A DNA stretch of 63,997 nucleotides, the filler included, from an uncultured bacterium (lineage in GTDB: Bacteria > Auribacterota > CAZIXI01): the NCBI GenBank assembly GCA_964543115.1. It is 5 parts of 5 records of this genome, joined end to end, with 100 filler letters (N's around TTAATTAATTAA, not from the genome) between each part and the next. Parts side by side here need not be neighbours in the genome. Positions count along the whole stretch, not along the records: positions 1 to 14,744 come from CAZIXI010000061.1; positions 14,845 to 29,167 come from CAZIXI010000062.1; 3 more parts are not named here. One strand, 5' to 3'. Both the position numbers and the translations under genes were made by a program. Below are positions 10,633 through 19,385 of this stretch, one piece after another (the stretch's first letter is position 1; the number at the start of each line of letters is the position of its first letter). Below the pieces are notes generated by a model that saw only the letters and a program-made list of their open reading frames with translations, did not search any database and was not told the origin of the DNA.

Positions 10633-10783
10633 TTCGTACATCGTACTTCGTACTTCGTATCGAGTAAATCCTTAAAATAATTAGGGTTACGGCTCTAAGT
10701 CTCTTATTTGCAAAAAACAAACATATTTTTACTAATTACAAAATACGAAGTACGATGTGCGAAATACGAAGTACGAAGTACGA
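10627..10783. repeat. Inverted pair of TTCGTAC/GTACGAA heptamer arrays
   Basis: 10627-10660 tcgtagttcgtacatcgtacttcgtacttcgtat and 10743-10783 atacgaagtacgatgtgcgaaatacgaagtacgaagtacga. Confidence 0.85.
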
Positions 10784-10785
10784 AA

Positions 10786-11838
10786 ATGAAGACAACCGTA
10801 GTTATACCAACTTATAACGAAAGAGAAAATATCCAGAAACTTGTTAGTGAGATTCTTACCTTGCCATTGGATATTAAGGTGCTGGTGGTGGATGATGATT
10901 CTCCGGACGGGACCTGGGAAGTGGCTGAAGAACTGGGCCGGATGGACTGTCGGGTAAGTGTCTTGCGGCGCATCGGCCGGAAGGGATTAACAACCGCCAT
11001 TGCTGAAGGAGTAGCGGCAATAGACACGGAGGCGGTTGTCTGGCTGGATGCCGATTGTTCACATCCGCCGGAGGTGATCCAGAGCATGGTAAGAAAATTG
11101 ACTGATTATGATATTGTTGTTGCCTCTCGCTATGTTCAAGGCGGCAGTGATAAACGGCAATTGCCCCTGCGGGTCCTGGCCAGCCGCTGGCTCAATCTTT
11201 TCGCGCGCTTTTTTCTTTCCACTAAGGTAATGGATCTGACCAGCGGTTTTGTGGCCGCCAAAAAAGATGTGTTTACCAGGGTGCGGATCAGCGGTGATTA
11301 CGGGGAATATTGTATTCGCTTTATTTCTGACGCGGAACGGCGGGGGTTTAAAACGACAGAGGTGCCCTATAGTAATATCCCGCGGTTCCGGGGGATGACA
11401 AAAACAGACGCTAGCTTGCTAAAATTTTTTCAGTATGGAATTCAGTATATAGTAACCATTTTCAGCCTGCGATTCCAACAGGTTCCCCTCAGGGGGATAT
11501 TCAGACTGATCATTAATTTACGTACTGCCCGCGGGAGGAAGATAGTTTATTCAATGTTGAGGAAGCGCTGGCTCTGGTATTTTCGCAGAAGATACGTTCT
11601 TCGGCAATTGGCGGCAAGAAAAGGTTCCTGTGATGATTGTCCGGGTGAGTGTTGTAAGGAAACATTACCCTGGCAGTGTCCGTACCTTACCGCCGGTGGC
11701 TTGTGCGCGATCTACGAGGACTGCGGGCAACGCGAGAAAATGCCTCTCTTTTGCCGAATTTATCCAATAGACGAGAAAGATATCGAGCTTACGGGAATGA
11801 GGGGGAAATGCAGGTATCATTGGCAGACAGGAACTTGA
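10786..11838 (+). CDS. GT2 polyprenol-phosphate sugar synthase (DPM1-like) fused to C-terminal YkgJ-like Cys-cluster domain
   Basis: VIPTYNE, VDDDSPDGT, LDADCSHPP, VASRYV; C-terminus CDDCPGECC...CPYL...CAIYE...PLFCRIYP. Confidence 0.82.
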   Translation: MKTTVVIPTYNERENIQKLVSEILTLPLDIKVLVVDDDSPDGTWEVAEELGRMDCRVSVLRRIGRKGLTTAIAEGVAAIDTEAVVWLDADCSHPPEVIQSMVRKLTDYDIVVASRYVQGGSDKRQLPLRVLASRWLNLFARFFLSTKVMDLTSGFVAAKKDVFTRVRISGDYGEYCIRFISDAERRGFKTTEVPYSNIPRFRGMTKTDASLLKFFQYGIQYIVTIFSLRFQQVPLRGIFRLIINLRTARGRKIVYSMLRKRWLWYFRRRYVLRQLAARKGSCDDCPGECCKETLPWQCPYLTAGGLCAIYEDCGQREKMPLFCRIYPIDEKDIELTGMRGKCRYHWQTGT

Positions 11839-11847
11839 ACTTTGAGC

Positions 11848-11876
11848 TTGACAGTAAATGTTCAATGTGCTATAAT
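11848..11876 (+). promoter_or_regulatory. Consensus extended -10 sigma70 promoter overlapped by TGAACA/TGTTCA repeats
   Basis: TTGACA 11848-11853, 17 nt, TG-n-TATAAT 11871-11876. Confidence 0.8.
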
Positions 11877-11961
11877 GTTCATGATAAATTGAACATATAT
11901 GCCGCAGTCGGCAGCAATGAACAATGGATATATTAGTTCTTATTAAGTAGATACTTAGGTC

Positions 11962-12648
11962 ATGAATAAGCGGATTGAACAAGCACTATTCAAGGATAAA
12001 ACTACGATTATATTGCGAGAGCTCTTAGCGCAGCCAGAGCATAAATGGGTTGTGAGAGAGTTGGTGGAGCGGTGTCAAGTAAGTTTGGGTTTAGTAGCCA
12101 GAACCCTTACTTTTTTAGATCAGTTGGGTATTATAGAAAAAAATAGTCGAGGGCGGGGTGGTTATTCGAAGCTGATAAAAACAGATGAGTTAATGGCTTT
12201 GTGGGTGCGAAACTATGATATCTCTTTGGCTAAATTCGAGAGTTTTTACAGTCCTGATTCAAAGATCATTGAAAAAATTATAAAATTCCTTAGGGGCAAA
12301 AAGTCGGGAGATAGTTATGCGCTTACCCTGCACACAGGAGCTAATTTAATAACTAATTATGTGCTGACTGATAATCTCTATATTTACCTGAATGAAGAAT
12401 CGTTTAAGAAGTACATTCAGGAAATGTGTGACCGCATGATAATAAAAAAAGTGATAACTGGTGGGAATCTGCATTTTATTATGCCATATTATAAGAAATC
12501 AGTTTTTCACCGTTGCCGGATGATTGGTAAGTACCGTGTGGTTTCGAATTTGCAGCTGTATTTAGATCTGTATAACTTTGTTCCTCGCGGAAAGCAGCAG
12601 GCGGTATATTTGAAGAATATGTTAGGTCCGGGAGAGTTGTTTGTTTGA
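11962..12648 (+). CDS. Winged-HTH type IV TA (AbiEi-like) antitoxin
   Basis: N-terminal HTH (VRELVERCQVSLGLVARTL) and C-terminal YALTLHTGA...VVSNLQLYLDLY...RG-QQA pattern resembling AbiEi-type antitoxins. Confidence 0.65.
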   Translation: MNKRIEQALFKDKTTIILRELLAQPEHKWVVRELVERCQVSLGLVARTLTFLDQLGIIEKNSRGRGGYSKLIKTDELMALWVRNYDISLAKFESFYSPDSKIIEKIIKFLRGKKSGDSYALTLHTGANLITNYVLTDNLYIYLNEESFKKYIQEMCDRMIIKKVITGGNLHFIMPYYKKSVFHRCRMIGKYRVVSNLQLYLDLYNFVPRGKQQAVYLKNMLGPGELFV

Positions 12649-12776
12649 AAACATTAAGCCAGCAAGAGAAGGCGTTTTTTAAGTTAATCACCGATATAGA
12701 AGAATATCTTCCCTATTTTGTCTTGGTGGGAGGTTGGGTGCCTTATGTTTACACGGTCAGGGAGTACTTTTGGTAG
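12645..12776 (+). pseudogene. Truncated nucleotidyltransferase (AbiEii-like toxin) N-terminus, 43 codons
   Basis: TTG start overlapping antitoxin stop (TTGA) with GGAGA RBS; reads ...IEEYLPYFVLVGGWVPYVY... then TAG; the VLVGG motif resembles the start of AbiEii-like NTases. Confidence 0.5.
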
Positions 12777-12869
12777 AGCAGGAAATGAATAGTAACATTT
12801 TTGGTAATGATTTCAGGGAGGATATTTACGGAAGGTTTAAGGAATTCCAGGAAGTACTTAAAGGATGAT

Positions 12870-13580
12870 ATGAAGCCTAAAGTTATTGTCATCATGCCGG
12901 CGTATAATGCGGAGAAGACGTTGGAGCGCACGTATCGGGATATTCCCAAGGATTGTGTGGATGAGATTATCCTGGGTGATGACTGCAGTCAGGATAATAC
13001 GGTAGAGATTGCCCAGCGGCTGGGTTTAGTAGTTCTGCGGCACGCGCAAAACAGGGGCTATGGCGCTAATCAGAAGACCTGTTACCGGGAGGCGCTGAAA
13101 AGGGGGGCGGATATTGTGGTAATGATCCATCCGGATTACCAGTATGATGCCACCAGGGTGCCGGAAATGATAGAACCGATAGCGGCCGGAAAGGCGGATA
13201 GTGTGTTTGGTTCCCGCATCCTAGGCGGCGGCGCGCTTAAGGGCGGGATGCCGGTATATAAATATATTTCCAATAAATTCCTCACTTTTTGCGAAAATAT
13301 GGTGTTAAGGCTGGGGCTTTCCGAATACCATACAGGGTTGCGCGCCTATAGCCGGAAGGTGCTGGAAACTGTTTCCTGGCAGGAATTATCTGAGGGATTT
13401 ATATTTGACTCGGAAATAATTGTGCAGCTGTGTGTTCATGGCTTCCGGGTCAGGGAAATACCCATTGAAACCCGCTATTTCCAGGAGGCCTCGGAAGTGA
13501 AGTTCTGGGCAGGGTGTAAATACGGTTTAGGAACGTTATTTTTATTGGTTAAATATATAGCTGATAAGATGTTAAAATGA
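12870..13580 (+). CDS. GT2 glycosyltransferase (polyprenol-P sugar synthase type)
   Basis: IMPAYNAE, DDCSQDNT, NRGYGANQKTCY, IHPDYQYD, FGSR. Confidence 0.9.
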   Translation: MKPKVIVIMPAYNAEKTLERTYRDIPKDCVDEIILGDDCSQDNTVEIAQRLGLVVLRHAQNRGYGANQKTCYREALKRGADIVVMIHPDYQYDATRVPEMIEPIAAGKADSVFGSRILGGGALKGGMPVYKYISNKFLTFCENMVLRLGLSEYHTGLRAYSRKVLETVSWQELSEGFIFDSEIIVQLCVHGFRVREIPIETRYFQEASEVKFWAGCKYGLGTLFLLVKYIADKMLK

Positions 13581-13616
13581 ATGGTGTGTAACCAGAATAT
13601 TTGCTATAATAGAATT

Positions 13617-14114
13617 GTGAAAGATAGGTCGGGTTTTACACTAACGGAATTATTAATAATCGTTGCTATTGTAGGTATCCTGGCGATAACGGCGGTGATT
13701 CCTATTTTAGAGACCCGGGCCCTCAGGCTCGACGCGGCGGCCCAGCGGTTGGTGTATGATATTCGTTACGCGCAGCAATTGGCAATCAACCGTCAGGTTG
13801 ATTGCGGAGTCTCTTTTAGTATCATAAACAACAGCTATTTTGTTTATATCGGCACTACGGCGACTAAGGCCACCGATCCGCTGACCAAAGGTGATCTGGA
13901 AATTGATTATGATACCGATAGTAATTATCAGGGTGTGGATTTGATAAGTACGAATTTAAGCGGTAATCAATTGGCCTTTATGGCGCCGTACCTGGGTGCT
14001 CCTTCTGATGGGGCGGGCAGTGCCCTTGCTTCTCAGGGAACGGTTTCCTTGCAGATGGGTTCAGAAACTGAAACAGTGACTATTCAGCCGGATACCGGTG
14101 AGGTTAAAATATGA
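13617..14114 (+). CDS. Minor pilin/pseudopilin (GspH/FimT-like)
   Basis: SG|FTLTELLIIVAIVGILA N-methylation motif; AAQRLVYDIRYAQQLAI helix; GTG start 13617. Confidence 0.82.
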   Translation: MKDRSGFTLTELLIIVAIVGILAITAVIPILETRALRLDAAAQRLVYDIRYAQQLAINRQVDCGVSFSIINNSYFVYIGTTATKATDPLTKGDLEIDYDTDSNYQGVDLISTNLSGNQLAFMAPYLGAPSDGAGSALASQGTVSLQMGSETETVTIQPDTGEVKI

Positions 14115-14500
14115 ATAAAAATTGCCGCGGCTTGACATTAGTGGAATTAATATTAACGATTATTATTATTGCTATTTGTTTTATCCCGGTCTCGGTGATT
14201 TATCAGCAGGTACTGGGTAATGCTCACCGCACCAGGGTAATTGCCGTTGCCGAGTCGCTGGCCAGTTCAAAGCTGGATGAGGTTTTAGGGGATGGTTTTG
14301 CCTCTGTTAGCGATGAAAGTTCCACCAGTTTTAGCAGTCCGTTTACTGATTACAGTTATGAGGTGGAGGTGGATTATGTGGCGGCCGCTGATTTAACCAC
14401 CGCAGTTGTCGGGCCAACGGAATATAAGCGGATAGAGGTTAAGGTAACCCATAGCGAAATAGGCACGATGACTTTAACTTCGTTACTGACCAGTCATTAG
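14111..14500 (+). CDS. Minor pilin/pseudopilin (PilV/GspI-like)
   Basis: RG|LTLVELILTIIII motif; ATGA coupling. Confidence 0.8.
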   Translation: MNKNCRGLTLVELILTIIIIAICFIPVSVIYQQVLGNAHRTRVIAVAESLASSKLDEVLGDGFASVSDESSTSFSSPFTDYSYEVEVDYVAAADLTTAVVGPTEYKRIEVKVTHSEIGTMTLTSLLTSH

Positions 14501-14526
14501 TTTTTGCTGCCGGGAGAAGGGTTTTT

Positions 14527-14744
14527 ATGATAAGAAATAAACGCGGGTTTACTCTGATCGAGTTGATTATGGTGATTGTGCTGGTGGGTATTATCGCCGG
14601 GGTGATTGCTCCCTTTATGGGTAATGCCTTTACTTATTGGGCGCTGGTACGTAATGAACGCGAGGCGATTGCCACGGCGCGCATGGCCCTGGCCCGGATG
14701 ACGCGGGAAATTAGGCATATAGAAGAAGTGAGTTCCATTGATAC
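14527..14744 (+). CDS. Minor pilin/pseudopilin (3' truncated by contig end)
   Basis: RG|FTLIELIMVIVLVGIIA motif. Confidence 0.82.
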
Positions 14745-14844
14745 NNNNNNNNNNNNNNNNNNNNNNNNNNNNNNNNNNNNNNNNNNNNTTAATTAATTAA
14801 NNNNNNNNNNNNNNNNNNNNNNNNNNNNNNNNNNNNNNNNNNNN
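14745..14844. other. Artificial contig spacer
   Basis: N-run + TTAATTAATTAA (stops in all six frames) + N-run, 100 nt. Confidence 0.98.
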
Positions 14845-15396
14845 CGCGTAGTTTACCTCTCCGCGATAATCCTGCGCCCTTGTCCTTCCATGAACACTTA
14901 TCGCGCTTACTCCGGCATCTTCGGCGCAAACCGCCAGATCAGCAGCCCGGGAAACGGTATCCCAGCCCAGCCGCAACTTAACGGTAACCTTGCGCGGGGA
15001 ACGTTTTACAAGAATTCTAAGCAAATGAGACAGTTTCTTAGGGTCCTTAAGCAAACTGGCTCCCTGCCCTTTTCTGGTTACTTTATGTTTCGGGCAGGCG
15101 GCGTTAAAATCTAGGACATCATATTCAATGTCCCCTAAGCGCTCTAAACCTCTCAGCATATCATCAGCATCACTGCCCACAATCTGAACACCTAAAGGTT
15201 TATCCAAGAGATTATTAGAAAGCATTTCTTTGGTCCTTTTGCTGTTATAGATCAAGGACCTGACATCAATCATTTCCGTAAAGGCAAATTCGCAGCCATA
15301 GCGGCGGCTTAAGACACGAAACGGCAACGAGGTCACTCCCGCCATTGGCGCCATCACAACCGGTAAAGATAGTTTGAAATCAGTTAAAAATGACAT
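14845..15396 (-). CDS. dusB: tRNA-dihydrouridine synthase (3' truncated)
   Basis: MAPMAGVT, FTEM, VQIVG, DFNAACP, GASLLKDP, VTVKLRLGW, VHGRTRAQDY. Confidence 0.92.
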
Positions 15397-15543
15397 ATTT
15401 GTCTCCAATAATAATCTACCCGGCGCTTATTATATAATACATTCAATTATACATCAACGCGTTATGAGAAAGCTCTAATTACATGAACAGGGAAATACTG
15501 CCTTAAATATTTGTTTATGATATAATCACCGGATTAGACAAGT

Positions 15544-16200
15544 ATGATTATGCAAACGTGCCCATTATGTGAAGCCAAAACAGTCAGCGGTTATTTTAGC
15601 GATAAAAGACGCAGCTACCTAAATTGCCGGCGCTGCCGGCTGATATTTGTCCCTCGGGAACAATTCTTGAGCGAGGATGAAGAGAAGTCACGCTACGACC
15701 TGCACCAAAACAGTCCGGCGGACGAGGCCTACCGGCAATTCCTGAGTCGTATATTTAACCCGCTGCTAGAACGTCTGCCGGCCGGTGCCCAAGGATTGGA
15801 TTTTGGTTCAGGGCCGGGACCCACTCTTTCGGTGATGTTTGCGGAAGCAGGCTACCCCATGGATATTTATGATTACTACTACGCGAAAAACCCCGAAACG
15901 CTGGAAAGAGAATATGATTTCATTACCGCCACTGAAGTGCTGGAACACCTGAAAAATCCCAGACAAGAATTAGACAGATTATGGGGCTGCTTAAAAAAGG
16001 GCGGCAACCTGGGGATAATGACACAATGCCCGCCTGTCAACCTGCCGTTCGCGAAGTGGCGCTATAAAGACGATCCCACGCATATCTGTTTCTTTTCAGC
16101 AAAAACGCTACAGTGGCTCTCGGACATATGGCAGGCAGAACTTAACTTTTTTGGTAAGGACGCAGCTATTTTTTATAAAAAGGAGCAGCCGCAACGTTAA
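15544..16200 (+). CDS. Class I SAM-dependent methyltransferase with N-terminal Zn-ribbon
   Basis: CPLC...CRRC; GLDFGSGPGP motif I; YDFITATEVLEH. Confidence 0.85.
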   Translation: MIMQTCPLCEAKTVSGYFSDKRRSYLNCRRCRLIFVPREQFLSEDEEKSRYDLHQNSPADEAYRQFLSRIFNPLLERLPAGAQGLDFGSGPGPTLSVMFAEAGYPMDIYDYYYAKNPETLEREYDFITATEVLEHLKNPRQELDRLWGCLKKGGNLGIMTQCPPVNLPFAKWRYKDDPTHICFFSAKTLQWLSDIWQAELNFFGKDAAIFYKKEQPQR

Positions 16201-16218
16201 CTGAATACCTACCGTAAT

Positions 16219-17571
16219 TCAGGATTGCTTAACTGCCTGATTGATATTCCTTTCGAAATAAAATTGTGGTTTCAATTTTACCGGCTGTCCGCCAACCTCC
16301 AAAACAGGATAAGCAAGAAAATTGATTGGTCCGGAAACGGGACCCGGCTTAAACACCAAATCCCGGCCGCGGCTGAATTCCAGCCGGTTCGCGGGATGAT
16401 GGCCAAAATAATAGGTCGAAAGACTTGAATACTTATCGGCCTCTGAAATATCAATCGGCCACCACTTACCTTCGGCATAAAACTCCACCCAGCAATGATA
16501 GCCGTCTACACCCCCGTCATCGCGTTCCGAGGGAATTGCCGCCCCGATAGCGAAACGCGCCGGAATACCGGCGGCCCTGGCCAGAGAGATAAAATAAGCA
16601 TGAAAATCAGTACAATTACCCGTGCGGGCATTGCAGGCGTAAACAGCATCTCCCTTCCCCCAGCCGGAGCCATATTTGATGTAGCGCATGCGGTCAATAA
16701 CATGATCATAAATGGCGCGGGCACGCACAAGATCCCCTTTCTTATCTTTAACGACCTCAGCAGCTATCTTCTTAAAATTATCATCAACCGGATTAAGGCT
16801 AGATGGCGCAAGATACAGTTCCCAATCAGCGGACCGCGGAGTGTAGGCGGCCTTTTCCTCGCGCTCTACCCGATAACGGATATCAATAGTCTTGCCGCTG
16901 TCCTCAACACCTAATTCTATGAAAAAAGCTTTATTGCCGTGTTTGGCCTCTTTGATTATCCGGTGCTTCTTGGGAGAACTAACACTTTTTAACTCAATCT
17001 TCTGGAAGGCGTCGGTTTGCGGCAGCGGAATCCACATACGGGCGGATTCTGTTATGTCAGGGAGCTTTACTCTGTAGAGGAACTCAAATTCATCCTGACC
17101 GGTGAGTACGCCAAGCAGCTTTGGCGCCGCGCCTTCCAGCGGTACGCGTTCCCACAGGCCTTGCTTGTTTTGTTGCCAGAGATAAAAGGGAACGCCGTTT
17201 AACTTGTGGAGGGTAGTTTCGGTAACGCTCATCGCGCCCGGATCACCGAAGAGAAAGAAATCTACGTCATATACATCACCGGCAGAATCAACCAGGTCCA
17301 CACAGGCAAAATAGCGGCGCGAACCAAGATCCGCCAGATATTCCGTATGAACGCGCACGAGTTTAAACAAATATTCCTTACCAGCTGAGGAAAACTTGAA
17401 ATATCCCCCGCCGCGTTTGGTCTGATCCTCGATATACTTCTCTATCCCGGCTTGTATATCAGCTGTAACAACCTTAGGTAAAGTCATATCTGCCTGTCCC
17501 TGAGTGCAAAGTGTAAGGGCGAGATAAAGAATGATCACTCCAAAATATGTAACAGACATCTGCGGTTTCAA
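16219..17571 (-). CDS. Secreted transglutaminase-like protein with extra N-terminal domain
   Basis: Signal peptide; GNCTDFH (Cys), YHCWVEFY (His), PID (Asp) triad. Confidence 0.85.
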   Translation of the reverse strand: MKPQMSVTYFGVIILYLALTLCTQGQADMTLPKVVTADIQAGIEKYIEDQTKRGGGYFKFSSAGKEYLFKLVRVHTEYLADLGSRRYFACVDLVDSAGDVYDVDFFLFGDPGAMSVTETTLHKLNGVPFYLWQQNKQGLWERVPLEGAAPKLLGVLTGQDEFEFLYRVKLPDITESARMWIPLPQTDAFQKIELKSVSSPKKHRIIKEAKHGNKAFFIELGVEDSGKTIDIRYRVEREEKAAYTPRSADWELYLAPSSLNPVDDNFKKIAAEVVKDKKGDLVRARAIYDHVIDRMRYIKYGSGWGKGDAVYACNARTGNCTDFHAYFISLARAAGIPARFAIGAAIPSERDDGGVDGYHCWVEFYAEGKWWPIDISEADKYSSLSTYYFGHHPANRLEFSRGRDLVFKPGPVSGPINFLAYPVLEVGGQPVKLKPQFYFERNINQAVKQS

Positions 17572-17612
17572 CTGATATCTTTCCTTTTTTCTTGGGATCC
17601 AATGTTAAGATA

Positions 17613-17978
17613 TCATTCTGGATGTTCTGACTTTGGGTGTTCTGACTTTGGGTGTTCTGAAACCGGCTTTTCAGACTTAAGATCCTTAGCAGCTGGATGT
17701 TCTGATTTAAGATCCTTGGTTGATGGCTTTTCTGACTTAAGATCCTTTACGGCGGGATGCTCTGACTTAAGATCCTTTACGGCCGGATGCTCTGACTTAG
17801 GATGCTCTGAAGTTGGATGTTCCGACTTTACCTGCTTTATCGTCGGATGTTCCGATTTTGACTGCTCAGAGGTCGGATGCTCCGAAGTGGGATGTTCAGA
17901 TATCGCCTGTTTTTGCAGAACAAAAACCGCCAAGCCAACAACCGCGACAACAAGCACAAGCACAAACAACTTCTTCAT
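17613..17978 (-). CDS. Exported/membrane-anchored SEHP pentapeptide-repeat protein
   Basis: AGGAGG RBS; MKK + hydrophobic helix; 11 SEHP copies with KDLK spacers. Confidence 0.8.
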   Translation of the reverse strand: MKKLFVLVLVVAVVGLAVFVLQKQAISEHPTSEHPTSEQSKSEHPTIKQVKSEHPTSEHPKSEHPAVKDLKSEHPAVKDLKSEKPSTKDLKSEHPAAKDLKSEKPVSEHPKSEHPKSEHPE

Positions 17979-18075
17979 GCCTACCTCCTTCAGTAATTAT
18001 TTGCTAACTAAAAATGGATTAAGCTGACCATTACCTTTTAAACATTATTATAGAGCATTGCGGATTAAAATCAAC

Positions 18076-18495
18076 TCATTCTTTTGATTCACCGACAACC
18101 TCAAACGTAAAAAAAGCACTGGCACTTTTTTCAGCGCCGATTACATGCACCAATGACCAGGAATAAGTCTGTCCCGCTTTAAAAAGATCCGCGCTTACCG
18201 CAGTCCTAAACGTGCGCGCCGGAACCTGCTTTTGATAAATCTGCGTTTCCGAGGTCATTGCCGTTCCTTGATAAACCCGGAAATCATAGTATTCCTCTAG
18301 GACCGAATGCCCGAGCCCATTACTCCACTGGAACTTCAATGTTGCTTGGCCGGCAAGATCAACCTTTCCCGTGGGCTGGAGCAAAGTGGGCATGGCAACA
18401 TCAGGATTAGCAGCAGCCGTTGTAATCAAACCCGCCTGCACAAAAAGCAGTCCGGCGAAGCCTAAAAACGCCACAATAAACAACACTCTCTTCAT
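18076..18495 (-). CDS. Secreted hypothetical protein (possible beta-sandwich)
   Basis: AGGAGGGGAG RBS; signal peptide; P-LLQP...FQWS...YDFRVY...YSWS pattern. Confidence 0.65.
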   Translation of the reverse strand: MKRVLFIVAFLGFAGLLFVQAGLITTAAANPDVAMPTLLQPTGKVDLAGQATLKFQWSNGLGHSVLEEYYDFRVYQGTAMTSETQIYQKQVPARTFRTAVSADLFKAGQTYSWSLVHVIGAEKSASAFFTFEVVGESKE

Positions 18496-18612
18496 GACTC
18501 CCCTCCTTTAACCAGAAACGGTTATGGTTCCGCTTATTGATAAAAAAACCGCGTTATATTTTTTTTACCTGTCTTTGGACTTTTCGCTCCGCCCCCAGAT
18601 TAGCACTCGCAG

Positions 18613-19179
18613 TCAATAGTAATGACGATTCGGCTTCGCCAGCCAAGCCTCGTACGGCTCCCTGCCCAAGTCCGGCCGGAACTGCTGAATCTTAATCCGC
18701 CTTTCTTCATATGGCCTGGTAAAATCTTCGTACTGAAAGGCATCGTCAAACCCTATCCTGCAGGTCTCTTCCAGGGAGCAGGCAAAATAAACCGCGTCCA
18801 GACGGGACCAATATATCGCGCTCATACACATCGGACAGGGAGCGCCGCTTACATAAATCTCCATGCCCATCAACATCCTGGACCTTTCCGGAACAAGATC
18901 AGAGGAATTTTTCGGTTTAGGCACCAACTGCAGATGTGACTCATTTTGCTGTTTTTCCGATATGGACGGCGCGTAGGGATTAATTTCCCGACAGGCATTA
19001 CGAATCGCCTGAATTTCCGCGTGCGCGGTAATGTCTCCGGTTAGCAGGACCCGGTTTTGCCCGCGCGCGATGATCTCACCCTTGCGCACAATCACGGCGC
19101 CAAAAGGCCCGCCCCAGCCGTTCGCTACCGATTCCCCGGCCAGCCGGCAGGCCTCTTTCATAAAATCGTCCCGTGTCAT
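18613..19179 (-). CDS. Zn-dependent nucleoside/guanine deaminase (CDA fold)
   Basis: GGPFGAVIV, AHAEIQAIR, PCPMC. Confidence 0.88.
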   Translation of the reverse strand: MTRDDFMKEACRLAGESVANGWGGPFGAVIVRKGEIIARGQNRVLLTGDITAHAEIQAIRNACREINPYAPSISEKQQNESHLQLVPKPKNSSDLVPERSRMLMGMEIYVSGAPCPMCMSAIYWSRLDAVYFACSLEETCRIGFDDAFQYEDFTRPYEERRIKIQQFRPDLGREPYEAWLAKPNRHYY

Positions 19180-19385
19180 TTTCCGTCCTCTCGTGAAATT
19201 TGAATATATCACATTATTAATAAAAACTCAATCCAGCATTATCTCATCTGCTAACTTTAATCTTTAGCCTTCTCCAAATCGTATTTCTATAAACCATATC
19301 AGCCATAAAGGGGTTACACCGCTTTATTAAAAAAAATAAAGGGGGTGTGACCCCATTTTTGTTTTGTGTTTTGTGTGGGTGTGTT

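Noticed and set aside
10708..10785. N-terminal extension TKYEVRCAKYEVRSTK on the GT2
   Set aside because: Translation of the intergenic heptamer repeat from a TTG; the real start is ATG 10786.
17619..17900. 15/30-nt tandem repeats as a CRISPR array
   Set aside because: Units are contiguous, codon-phased and degenerate with no unique spacers; no cas genes nearby.
17602..18027. Cys-rich GCSD[FL] repeat protein on + strand (metallothionein/RiPP-like look)
   Set aside because: It is the antisense shadow of the SEHP gene, which has the RBS, a signal peptide and co-orientation with its neighbours.
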